A stretch of 64,000 bases of DNA from Eubacteriales bacterium (lineage in GTDB: Bacteria; Bacillota; Clostridia; Oscillospirales; CAG-272), in assembly GCA_045536865.1 (NCBI GenBank), contig JAZSOK010000163.1, positions 14,960-78,959 on the forward strand. Direction: 5' to 3'. The translations under genes were made by a program, and so were the position numbers. Under the pieces are notes generated by a model that saw nothing but the letters and a program-made list of their open reading frames with translations, ran no database searches and was not told where the DNA came from. This document shows positions 49,620-58,209 of the stretch, piece after piece (positions within the stretch are counted from its first letter, which is position 1; each line of letters opens with the position of its first letter).

Positions 49620-51047
49620 TTGCGTTTGAAAACGGCGTTTGGAGGGCGCGCTTTGCGTCGTTGCCTTTCCGCTTTTCTTTGTGCGACACTTTTGGTTGTC
49701 GCTCTTTCTTCCTGTGCATTTTCTTCGTTTTATAAAGATCCTTTTGCCAAATTTTCCGAAAACGGAGAACTTCAAGAGGCAGGGGTACTGCTCCCCGAAA
49801 ATGACGCTTGCCAATACGTAAGCGACTATTTGGCGTATTGGGGCTTCCCGTCCTTTCGTCTTTATAAGGTCAAGGCAATAGAGGACTGTTACCGCGCTTA
49901 TTACTACCGCGAACTCCCCGACGTTTATCGGCATGCGGCAACGGTTTATGACGCATATCGTGAATATGTCGCAGGCTATGTGGACAAAGCAAATGCGGAC
50001 GACGTGACGGGTATAGTGATAAGCCTTTATCAACACGCGGCGGGCGATAAGTATGCCGTTTATATGGATAAGGAAGAAACCGCCTCGTACAAGACACAGA
50101 TGCAAGCCTCTCTTGTCGGCATTGGCGTATCCGTTCAGTATCACGCGGACAAAAATCAATGTATCGTCGTTTCTACGGTGCCCGATTCTCCCGCAGAGAA
50201 AGCAGGCATAAAGGCAGGCGACCGCATCCTTTCCGCGGACGGCGTATCCATCGCTACGGACGGCTATGAAGCGGTGGTCCGCGCCATTGGCGGCAAAGCG
50301 GGAACGCGCGTTTCCCTTGTGGTTGGCCGAGATGATAAGGCGATTGAATACGCCATTGTGCGCGAAAAAATCACTTTAATCAGTGTCACTCACCGTATCA
50401 TAGAGCAGGACGTGCGTGTCGGCTATGTTAAAATCAACGAATTCAACAACAAAACCGCCGAGCAATTCCGCTTGGCTATCGATAGCGTTTTGGCGGCAGA
50501 CGTGCGCGGCATCGTCTTTGACGTGCGCGACAATCCCGGTGGCGACGTGACGGCCGTTTCCGACGTGTTGGATTATCTTATCAAGGACGGCGGCCCTCTC
50601 GTTCATTTCCTCTACCGTGAAGACTCCGAACTTGCCGATCAAAACACCACCTTGAAAGCAGACGACGGCCATGAGGTTTCGCTCCCCATGACGGTCCTTT
50701 GCAATGAAAACACCGCAAGCGCCGCCGAACTTTTTACGTCCGCGCTTCGGGATTATCAAATGGCGCTTGCCGTCGGTGAGACCACCTATGGCAAGGGAAC
50801 GGCGCAATCGGTCATAGAACTTGCGGATGATACGATGTTTACCATCTCTGTTTCTACCTATAATCCGCCCTTCGGTGATTGCTATGAGGGGATCGGCATT
50901 GTTCCCGACGTGGAGGTGCCCTTGCCCGACCATATCGAGAGTATCCCGCCAACGCTTCGTGACGACCGCGATGATGCACAGTTGCAAGCGGCTATCGGCC
51001 TTTTGAAAAACGGCGCGTCGCCCGACGGCGGAAAGGACCTCTTATGA
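49620..51047 (+). CDS. S41 family peptidase, lipoprotein (paralogue 2)
   Basis: Lipobox ALSSC, PDZ domain, NTASAAELF and TYGKGTAQ catalytic motifs. TTG start per the ORF track. Confidence 0.85.
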   Translation: MRLKTAFGGRALRRCLSAFLCATLLVVALSSCAFSSFYKDPFAKFSENGELQEAGVLLPENDACQYVSDYLAYWGFPSFRLYKVKAIEDCYRAYYYRELPDVYRHAATVYDAYREYVAGYVDKANADDVTGIVISLYQHAAGDKYAVYMDKEETASYKTQMQASLVGIGVSVQYHADKNQCIVVSTVPDSPAEKAGIKAGDRILSADGVSIATDGYEAVVRAIGGKAGTRVSLVVGRDDKAIEYAIVREKITLISVTHRIIEQDVRVGYVKINEFNNKTAEQFRLAIDSVLAADVRGIVFDVRDNPGGDVTAVSDVLDYLIKDGGPLVHFLYREDSELADQNTTLKADDGHEVSLPMTVLCNENTASAAELFTSALRDYQMALAVGETTYGKGTAQSVIELADDTMFTISVSTYNPPFGDCYEGIGIVPDVEVPLPDHIESIPPTLRDDRDDAQLQAAIGLLKNGASPDGGKDLL

Positions 51048-52459
51048 ACAAAGAGCCCCGAGAGTTTGAGAAAACCGTGTCAACGGAGGACGAAAGCAAC
51101 CGTGTGTCGGCGCCTCGCCGCCGCACGGTGTCCCTCTTACTTTGCTTGTTCCTTTTGGTTTTGGCGGTGGCGTTAAGTGCCTTTACCACGTGGTTTTTCG
51201 TCAATCGCGCGGCAAAGGAGTCGGAGCGATTACTGCGTGAGGAGCAATCGAAAGCCCTCGCCGAATTACAATCAGAGTATGAGAATGACCAAACGACACT
51301 TTTTGATTTGGATAGGCTTCTCGCAATTGACCGCCTGTTTTCCGCACACGCGCTTAACGACGTTGATAAGGACGCCTTGACGGAGGCGCTTTTGGATGCC
51401 TACGTCCTTGGCACGGGCGATGCCTATGCCGCCCACTATACGGCCGACGAGTATTTGGCGATGTTAGAGCGTCAAAACGGCCGTTTCGTGGGAATTGGCG
51501 TGACGATTTTACAGGACGTCGAGGGCGGCGGCTTGCGCGTGGTGTCCGTTTACCGCGATTCCCCTGCCGAGGAGGCAGGCATTCTTGCGGGCGACTGTAT
51601 CGTTGCGGCGGACGGCGTGCCTTTTCGAGGCTTGACGCAGGAACAAGCGGCGGGCCTTGTACGCGGTGAGGAGGGCACGGCAGTTACGTTGACGCTCGTG
51701 CGTGACGGGGCAACCATGCAGATATCCGCCGTGCGCCGTACCGTGTCGGAGACAACCGTTTGGGGCAAGATGCTCGATGACGGCGTGGCATACGTGCGTA
51801 TCCTCCGCTTTTCAAAGGAAACCCCCGCGCAGATGGGGCAAACGATAGAAGAATTGAAGAGTTTGGGCGCCGAGGCCTTTGCCTTTGACGTGCGCGGCAA
51901 TCCGGGCGGACTTGTCAGTGCCGTTTCGGAGTGCCTTGGATATCTCTTGCCCGACGGTCCCGTTATCCGCGTCAATTATGCAAATAAGGAAAAGAGTTAT
52001 ATCATGCGCGCCTCTGACGGCAAATTGATTTGCGAATATGGGAACGGCACGTATACCGAACTTTCCTGTCAACTTGATCAAAAGCACGTCTTGGATGTGC
52101 CTATCGCCGTTTTGGTGGATGCTTCTACCGCCAGTGCAGGTGAGGTCTTTGCCGCCGCGTTGAGGGATTATGCGGCGAAAAACAAAATGGAAGCGCGCCT
52201 GTTTGGAAGCAAAACTTTCGGCAAGGGCGTTGCACAGGTGACCTATCGCACGGGCAAAGGAGATGCCTTGAAGTTGACGGTTGCAACCTACGATCCGCCA
52301 TATGGTGAAAACTATGATGGCAAGGGCGTTATCCCCGACGAAACCGTTTTGCCGTCGGCGGGCTTTGAAAATAGACCGCCCGAGCAACTGACGGAAAAGA
52401 CGGATATTCCCTTAAAAACGGCAAGGGAATGGCTTGCTCGTTGCGTGCTTGAAAACTAA
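51044..52459 (+). CDS. S41 family peptidase, N-terminal TM anchor (paralogue 3)
   Basis: ATGA overlap with the upstream gene. Transmembrane segment LLLCLFLLVLAVALSAF, PDZ domain, STASAGEVF and TFGKGVAQ motifs. Confidence 0.85.
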   Translation: MNKEPREFEKTVSTEDESNRVSAPRRRTVSLLLCLFLLVLAVALSAFTTWFFVNRAAKESERLLREEQSKALAELQSEYENDQTTLFDLDRLLAIDRLFSAHALNDVDKDALTEALLDAYVLGTGDAYAAHYTADEYLAMLERQNGRFVGIGVTILQDVEGGGLRVVSVYRDSPAEEAGILAGDCIVAADGVPFRGLTQEQAAGLVRGEEGTAVTLTLVRDGATMQISAVRRTVSETTVWGKMLDDGVAYVRILRFSKETPAQMGQTIEELKSLGAEAFAFDVRGNPGGLVSAVSECLGYLLPDGPVIRVNYANKEKSYIMRASDGKLICEYGNGTYTELSCQLDQKHVLDVPIAVLVDASTASAGEVFAAALRDYAAKNKMEARLFGSKTFGKGVAQVTYRTGKGDALKLTVATYDPPYGENYDGKGVIPDETVLPSAGFENRPPEQLTEKTDIPLKTAREWLARCVLEN

Positions 52460-52537
52460 ACCAAGCGCAATACTGTTTTTGGGTTTTTAATTATAAAAAA
52501 TATATTATACAAATAACTGGAAGGAGTCGATATTATC

Positions 52538-53023
52538 ATGTCAACTAAAAAAACAACCTACACAAAAGAAGGATATGCCGCATTACAGAGGGAACTTGCA
52601 GACCTGTATGCTCAACGTGAAAAGAACAAAGAGGACATTGCCCAAGCAAGAAGTTACGGTGACCTTTCCGAGAATAGCGAATATGATGAGGCAAAGAAGG
52701 AACAGGGCCGCCTTGCCGTTCGCATTATGGAAGTAGAGCAGATGATCAATACTGCCACCATCCTCGACGACCGCGACGTGGACACCTCTGTTGTCAGTGT
52801 TGGTTCTATCGTGACGGTTGACCACAAGGAAAAGGGCACCAAGGTGACGTATCATATTGTCGGCTCTTACGAAACCGACCCTCGCCAAGGAAAGATTTCG
52901 GACGTTTCTCCCATCGGTAGCGCGCTTGTCGGCAACCGTGCGGGTAGCAGCGTGGAGGTTGAATTGCCGAACGGCAACAAAGTGCATCTGACCATTAAAA
53001 AGGTGACGCGTGCCGTACAGTAA
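52538..53023 (+). CDS. greA: Transcription elongation factor GreA
   Basis: ARSYGDLSENSEYDEAKKEQ...ISDVSPIGSALVG is the GreA signature. Confidence 0.95.
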   Translation: MSTKKTTYTKEGYAALQRELADLYAQREKNKEDIAQARSYGDLSENSEYDEAKKEQGRLAVRIMEVEQMINTATILDDRDVDTSVVSVGSIVTVDHKEKGTKVTYHIVGSYETDPRQGKISDVSPIGSALVGNRAGSSVEVELPNGNKVHLTIKKVTRAVQ

Positions 53024-53081
53024 TTGATTGTAAGGAAGATTCCGTATAGCGGAAAGGATAGCAAAAGAAAGGATATTATCC

Positions 53082-54584
53082 ATGGCTGAAATACAAAACA
53101 CGCCGCACGCCGCCGCGGCAGAGGAAAATCATTCCAGTGAAATTCAGGTGCGCCGCGACAAATTGCAGGCGCTTTGTGACGAGGGGAACAACCCCTTTTT
53201 GGTCACAAAATACGATAGAGATACAAAAAGCGGTCAATTTCTTGAAAACTACGAGGCATATGAAGGGAAGACCGTCCGCGTAGCGGGCAGAATGGTCAGT
53301 CGCCGCGTCATGGGCAAGGCGTCCTTCTGCCACCTTTTGGATGTGGACGGAAAATTTCAGGTTTATGCGCGCCGTGACGACGTCGGCGAGGACGTCTACG
53401 CCGCTTTTAAGAAATGCGATATTGGCGATATTCTCGGCGTAGAGGGGTTTGTGTTCCGCACGCAGACGGGAGAGATTTCCATTCACGCGCAGAAAATCGA
53501 GTTGCTTTCCAAGTCGCTTTTGCCCCTCCCCGAAAAGTTCCACGGCTTGACAAATACCGATTTGCGCTATCGCCAGAGGTACGTTGACCTCATCGTCAAC
53601 CCCGAGGCAAGAGAGGTATTCGTGCGCCGTTCCCGCATCATTCGTGAAATCCGCGCTTATCTTGATAACCGTGAGTTCTTGGAGGTCGAGACGCCTGTTC
53701 TACATACGCAGGCAGGCGGTGCCTCTGCACGTCCGTTCATCACGCATCACAATACGCTCGACATGGATATGTATTTGCGTATCGCGTTAGAGTTGCACTT
53801 GAAGCGCTTGATCGTTGGCGGCATGGAGCGCGTATACGAAATTGGTCGCGTGTTCCGTAATGAGGGCATGGACACCCGTCACAATCCCGAATTTACGCTC
53901 CTTGAACTGTATGAAGCATATACCGATTTCGAGGGTATGATGAATTTGACCGAGGACCTCATTCGCACCGTTGCAGAAAAGGTTTTGGGTACGGCAAAGG
54001 TCACTTACGGCGACGTGGAGATCGATCTTTCCAAACCGTTTGCCCGTCTGTCTATGACCGAGGCGGTCAAGCAGTACGCCGGCGTTGATTTCTCTACCGT
54101 CAAAACACTTGAAGAAGCGCGTGCTTTGGCACACGCTCACCACATCGAATATGAGGAGCACCACGGTATCGGTGGCATCTTAAACCTCTTCTTTGATGAG
54201 TATGTGGAAGAAAATCTCATCCAACCGACCTTTATTACAGGTCATCCCGTGGAGATTTCGCCTTTGGCAAAGAAGTGCCCCGACAATCCCGAATATACGG
54301 AGCGTTTTGAATTGTTCGTTGTCGGCCGTGAGCATGCCAATGCATTCTCCGAATTGAACGACCCGATAGACCAGCGCGCCCGTTTTGAAGCGCAGGCGGC
54401 ACTCAAAGCAGCAGGTGACGAGGAGGCGTGCGACGTTGATGAGGACTTCTTGAATGCACTTTCCTACGGCATGCCGCCCACAGGCGGTCTTGGCATCGGC
54501 ATTGACCGTTTGGTGATGCTTTTGACAAACACCTCGTCTATTCGTGACGTTTTGCTTTTTCCCACAATGAAACCGTTAGACTAA
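53082..54584 (+). CDS. lysS: Lysine--tRNA ligase (class II)
   Basis: 500 aa. OB-fold N-terminus. Class II motifs [16 protein letters not shown] and [14 protein letters not shown]. Confidence 0.97.
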   Translation: MAEIQNTPHAAAAEENHSSEIQVRRDKLQALCDEGNNPFLVTKYDRDTKSGQFLENYEAYEGKTVRVAGRMVSRRVMGKASFCHLLDVDGKFQVYARRDDVGEDVYAAFKKCDIGDILGVEGFVFRTQTGEISIHAQKIELLSKSLLPLPEKFHGLTNTDLRYRQRYVDLIVNPEAREVFVRRSRIIREIRAYLDNREFLEVETPVLHTQAGGASARPFITHHNTLDMDMYLRIALELHLKRLIVGGMERVYEIGRVFRNEGMDTRHNPEFTLLELYEAYTDFEGMMNLTEDLIRTVAEKVLGTAKVTYGDVEIDLSKPFARLSMTEAVKQYAGVDFSTVKTLEEARALAHAHHIEYEEHHGIGGILNLFFDEYVEENLIQPTFITGHPVEISPLAKKCPDNPEYTERFELFVVGREHANAFSELNDPIDQRARFEAQAALKAAGDEEACDVDEDFLNALSYGMPPTGGLGIGIDRLVMLLTNTSSIRDVLLFPTMKPLD

Positions 54585-54708
54585 CAAAAAGCCAAAAAAG
54601 CCAGTGGCTACGCGGTTTTGCGGCATCTTAAAGTAGTGCAAGGAAGGCCACTACGCCAATCTTCACAAAAAATGCGGTGAAAAGCATTTATGATAGTATA
54701 AAAATAAG

Positions 54709-54739
54709 CCTGTCGAGAAATTCGACAGGTTTATTTTTT
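54709..54739 (+). terminator. Intrinsic terminator about 125 nt after lysS
   Basis: cctgtcga-gaaat-tcgacagg followed by tttatttttt. Confidence 0.75.
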
Positions 54740-54865
54740 ATAAACAGTTTTCAATCTTTGCCTTGCAAAAAGCCTACCGCCTTGCGTTTTCAACAATAGA
54801 AACAACCTCGTTGAACGGCATGTTGTTTGAGGCTTTTATAAATTATTAGCCACTATAAGCCACAA

Positions 54866-55174
54866 CTATTTCGCAAGTCTGCGAATGTTGCCGATAATGA
54901 GCATAATATCGTCATCGTTAAGTTTCCTTAATGCTTCAATAGCACTTTGGAGCAGGGCAGGGTTCTCGATGGATTCATCAAAAAATTGACTGGGCGTGAT
55001 TTCAAAGTATTGGCATATCTCTAAAAATTCAGCCATCGGGGGCAAGGATTTTCCGGAGGAAATATTGTAAATATAACTTCTGCTATGACCGAGATCATAA
55101 CTCATCTGATATTCCGAAACACCCTTTTTAAGTCTTAATTCGGTTATTCTGTTCCGTATAAAATTAGCATCCAT
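54866..55174 (-). CDS. XRE-family HTH regulator (102 aa)
   Basis: RITELRLKKGVSEYQMSYDLGHSRSYIYNISSGKSLPPMAEFLEICQYFEITPSQFF is an HTH_3 motif. Paralogue of 55502..55822. Confidence 0.8.
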   Translation of the reverse strand: MDANFIRNRITELRLKKGVSEYQMSYDLGHSRSYIYNISSGKSLPPMAEFLEICQYFEITPSQFFDESIENPALLQSAIEALRKLNDDDIMLIIGNIRRLAK

Positions 55175-55366
55175 AGTTTGATACCTCCTGTCATTATTAT
55201 TTTAAACAATGACAAGCGGCAACTATTCCAAGAATATACGCTATATTTTGAAAAATAATAAATAAATATATGTTATAATCCAAATAAATATGTTATAATT
55301 AGATATAATTCCTAAATTGGTTGCTTTTAGAGGCGTAAAAACATAATTTATTGGAGTAGCAGTGTA

Positions 55367-55444
55367 TTGAAGGATAAAACCTGTTGCCTTTTTGGTCATC
55401 GGTGGATAGCAGACACGTCGGCGCGCAGACCTGGTGATGACTAA
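55367..55444 (+). pseudogene. Truncated remnant of a SLOG/DUF1273 gene (25 codons)
   Basis: Encodes LKDKTCCLFGHRWIADT... compared with the intact paralogue MLREKTCCFFGHRQIEDT... at 56472. DNA similarity is visible over about 50 nt, then a stop and a terminator. Confidence 0.5.
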
Positions 55445-55456
55445 AAAAGATGATAA

Positions 55457-55499
55457 CAAAACACCGCAACTTATCTACTATAAGTTGCGGTGTTTTTTG
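55457..55499. terminator. Bidirectional intrinsic terminator
   Basis: acaccgcaactta-N7-taagttgcggtgt (13 bp) flanked by aaaa and tttttt. Confidence 0.8.
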
Positions 55500-55501
55500 T
55501 C

Positions 55502-55822
55502 TTATTTAACCAATCCCTTAATGATTGAAGAGATGTTTTCAAGTTGTGTATCGTCAAGGCGTTTGAGGTCGCAAAGGAGCGCTTGTAATTTTTCAGGGTT
55601 TTTGGAATCCGTGTCAAAGAACTCATAGGGGGTAATACCCAAATATTCGCAAATGTAGAAAAAGCCGGACATCGAAGGGAACGCCTTTCCACACTCTATA
55701 CTGTTGATGTAACCGGCATTTTGCCCGATAGATAAACTCATATCTCTGGCAGAAACGCCTTTTTTATTTCGAAGTTGCGCCAATCTCAAAGGAAATTCTT
55801 TTTCGTACATTTCAATCACCAT
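55502..55822 (-). CDS. XRE-family HTH regulator (106 aa)
   Basis: RLAQLRNKKGVSARDMSLSIGQNAGYINSIECGKAFPSMSGFFYICEYLGITPYEFF. The C-terminal region resembles that of 54866..55174. The start may be ATG 55810. Confidence 0.8.
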   Translation of the reverse strand: MVIEMYEKEFPLRLAQLRNKKGVSARDMSLSIGQNAGYINSIECGKAFPSMSGFFYICEYLGITPYEFFDTDSKNPEKLQALLCDLKRLDDTQLENISSIIKGLVK

Positions 55823-55997
55823 TTTTATATAATATTGTATCTAATAGATATTGAAACATCACAGGAACAGTTCTGTTGAACTCATAGAAACATAGGGGCG
55901 ACTATAATAAAAGAATTTATATGATGTTGGAAGGTCTTATGATGAAGGATACCATCGGAGGATGGCGGACATACGGGGACTATACTTTTGTGTATGT

Positions 55998-56333
55998 TTA
56001 GTTGCTTTTATATTTGTCCATTTCAACCAATATCCTATATAAATGCTCTTGTTCAGCCTTGGTCTTGGCAGATAAAAATTCATAGCATTTAAGAGGAACA
56101 CGGTCATTATCTTCTTCACCACCCAATTTTTCAAACAATGTTGAAAGCGGAATGTTGAGGGCAACTGCTATTTTCTCAATACTTTCAAGAGTTGCGTTTT
56201 TCTCGCCTCTCTCCAATTGTCCGATATAAGTAGGATGGCAACCGGATAATTCTGCAAGTTTTTCTTGGCTAAGCCCTTGTTGATTTCTATAATTTCGTAT
56301 GCGTTGTCCAATAAATTTTGCAATATCACTCAT
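55998..56333 (-). CDS. XRE-family HTH regulator, SinR-like architecture
   Basis: IGQRIRNYRNQQGLSQEKLAELSGCHPTYIGQLERGEKNATLESIEKIAVALNIPLSTLF plus a short C-terminal helical domain. ATG 56333 follows AGAGGTGA. Confidence 0.8.
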   Translation of the reverse strand: MSDIAKFIGQRIRNYRNQQGLSQEKLAELSGCHPTYIGQLERGEKNATLESIEKIAVALNIPLSTLFEKLGGEEDNDRVPLKCYEFLSAKTKAEQEHLYRILVEMDKYKSN

Positions 56334-56471
56334 TATTATCACCTCTATATATAGTCTATAAATATTATATTCAACTTTCCATAGACTATTGATATTGAAT
56401 GTTCAGAGTGATATACTATAAATATTAAACATGATATTATTTGTGCTTATAGTGTCGTTGAGAGGGTAGTT

Positions 56472-57023
56472 ATGTTGAGGGAAAAAACCTGTTGCTTTTT
56501 TGGGCATCGGCAGATTGAGGATACGCCCGCGTTGAGGGCAAAAGTTGTCGGTATTGTTGAAACTTTAATTGTAAAGGAAGACGTGGACACTTTCCTTTTC
56601 GGCAGTAAGAGCGCGTTTAACAGTCTTTGCTATAATTTGGTGACCAAAACAAAAGAAAAATATCCCCACATAAAGCGAGTATATGTGAGGGGCGAGTATG
56701 CGGACATTCCCGACTTTTACGAGGAATATTTGCTTGAAGGCTACGAGCAAACCTATTATCCCCGAAGGATAAGGGGGGCGGGGCGCGCCTCTTATGTGGA
56801 ACGCAATTATGAGATGATAAATCAAAGCGCCGTTTGCGTGGTTTATTACGACGAAAACTATGCACCGCCGCGGCGCAGAAAGGGCTACGGGGATTTACGT
56901 GACTACCAACCCAAAAGCGGGACGGCCATTGCCTACCAATATGCCGTGAAGAAAAACATACGGATTTTTAACTGCTTGTCGGAAGATTTATCATTTTCTA
57001 TTGCAAATTTGAGTAAAAAATAG
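56472..57023 (+). CDS. SLOG-fold DUF1273 (YpsA-like) family protein
   Basis: N-terminal TCCFFGHR motif, Rossmann-like FLFGSKSAFNSLC, about 180 aa, typical of DUF1273. Divergent from the XRE gene. Confidence 0.7.
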   Translation: MLREKTCCFFGHRQIEDTPALRAKVVGIVETLIVKEDVDTFLFGSKSAFNSLCYNLVTKTKEKYPHIKRVYVRGEYADIPDFYEEYLLEGYEQTYYPRRIRGAGRASYVERNYEMINQSAVCVVYYDENYAPPRRRKGYGDLRDYQPKSGTAIAYQYAVKKNIRIFNCLSEDLSFSIANLSKK

Positions 57024-57263
57024 TATAATACTATTTGATATAAGTAGGTGAAAGTTAATTTGGAGAGGGTAAAAAAACGACGCCTGTTATCCGCCGTTTT
57101 CATTGACCGCACGGCTTTTTGAAAGAGGCGGGACGTGTAGGCGTTTGTAGGGAGACAAACGGGTTTGTTGGAATCCGACGATGAAGCCGTTAAACCGATA
57201 AGTCGTAAAACCCTGCATATCTTTCGATATACAGGGTTTTATTGTAAAGAAGGAGCCATCATC

Positions 57264-58064
57264 ATGCAAGAATTTGAAAAGAACGGCGCGCAGGACGAAA
57301 ACGTTTCACTAGGGGCCGCCGATCCCAAAAAGGACAAGATGCCCGAACGGGCACTGCAAAGCGGGACGCTTTCGCGCTTTGAAAATTATTGGTACCATTA
57401 CAAGTGGCACACCATAGGGGCGGTTTTGCTCGTCCTTGTGGCGCTTGTGTGCATTTTGCAGATGTGCGGCCGCGAAAGCGGCGACATTTCCTTTTTGCAG
57501 GTCGGCGGAAAGACGTTGAGTGGACAGGCGCAAGGACAAATCAGAACGTCGCTATCGGACAGCGTGTTAGAGGAAGACGAATGCAAAGTGTCGTTTATCA
57601 CGCACTACATTGAATCTACCGAGATGTTTCAGGACATGGAAGATATGGACGCCGCTTTTCTTGCCAATACCTCTTATGAAAACGCCAACGCCTTTCGGAC
57701 GCAACTGGCGACGGTGGAAGCATATATTTGTCTTTTGAGCCGTGACGTGTACGAACTTTCGCGCGTTTATTATCCCGATAAGAGGGACGAGGGGGATAGC
57801 GTTTTTTACAGTCCGCTTTACCGTCCGCTTTCCGATTTTAAAAATGACTTGACCGATACCTATGACGACTATGCGGTGTATTTGCACAAGACACCTCTTG
57901 CCGAACTTCCCGGTTTTAAGTCGATGCCGCGCGACACGCTTCTTTGCTTCCGTCGCATCAGTTACATGGCCACCGTTTCAGGCAAGAAAAAGGCGGAGGC
58001 CGTTTATCGGCGGCACGAGGATGTTTTTTCTGCCATGCTTGCCTATGACGGAGAGGGAAAATAA
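57264..58064 (+). CDS. Hypothetical single-pass membrane protein
   Basis: ATG 57264 after AAGGAG. Transmembrane segment HTIGAVLLVLVALVCILQMC. No family recognised. Confidence 0.55.
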   Translation: MQEFEKNGAQDENVSLGAADPKKDKMPERALQSGTLSRFENYWYHYKWHTIGAVLLVLVALVCILQMCGRESGDISFLQVGGKTLSGQAQGQIRTSLSDSVLEEDECKVSFITHYIESTEMFQDMEDMDAAFLANTSYENANAFRTQLATVEAYICLLSRDVYELSRVYYPDKRDEGDSVFYSPLYRPLSDFKNDLTDTYDDYAVYLHKTPLAELPGFKSMPRDTLLCFRRISYMATVSGKKKAEAVYRRHEDVFSAMLAYDGEGK

Positions 58065-58099
58065 GGCAAAAAACAGTCAAAGAGATTTATAAACAAGAA

Positions 58100-58147
58100 A
58101 GAGGATATGAATTTGCGACACGCAAATTCATATCCTCTTCCTTTTGT
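58100..58147 (+). terminator. Intrinsic terminator, second member of the hairpin family seen at 32362
   Basis: AGAGGATATGAATTTGCG-aca-CGCAAATTCATATCCTCT followed by tccttttgt. Confidence 0.75.
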
Positions 58148-58209
58148 ATGCTTTGAGTTGGTTATGAGCATTGCGGGCTCTTTGTAAGGGGTGCCTTTTT
58201 GGGACACCT

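Noticed and set aside
54585-54865. Looked for tRNA/rRNA genes or an integrase attachment site downstream of lysS, a common location for rrn/tRNA clusters and island insertion
   Set aside because: No T-loop (GGTTCGAAT-type) or acceptor-stem pattern and no rRNA-like sequence was found. The short direct repeat agccac-tata-agccac (about 54848) has no matching copy at the other end of the islet.
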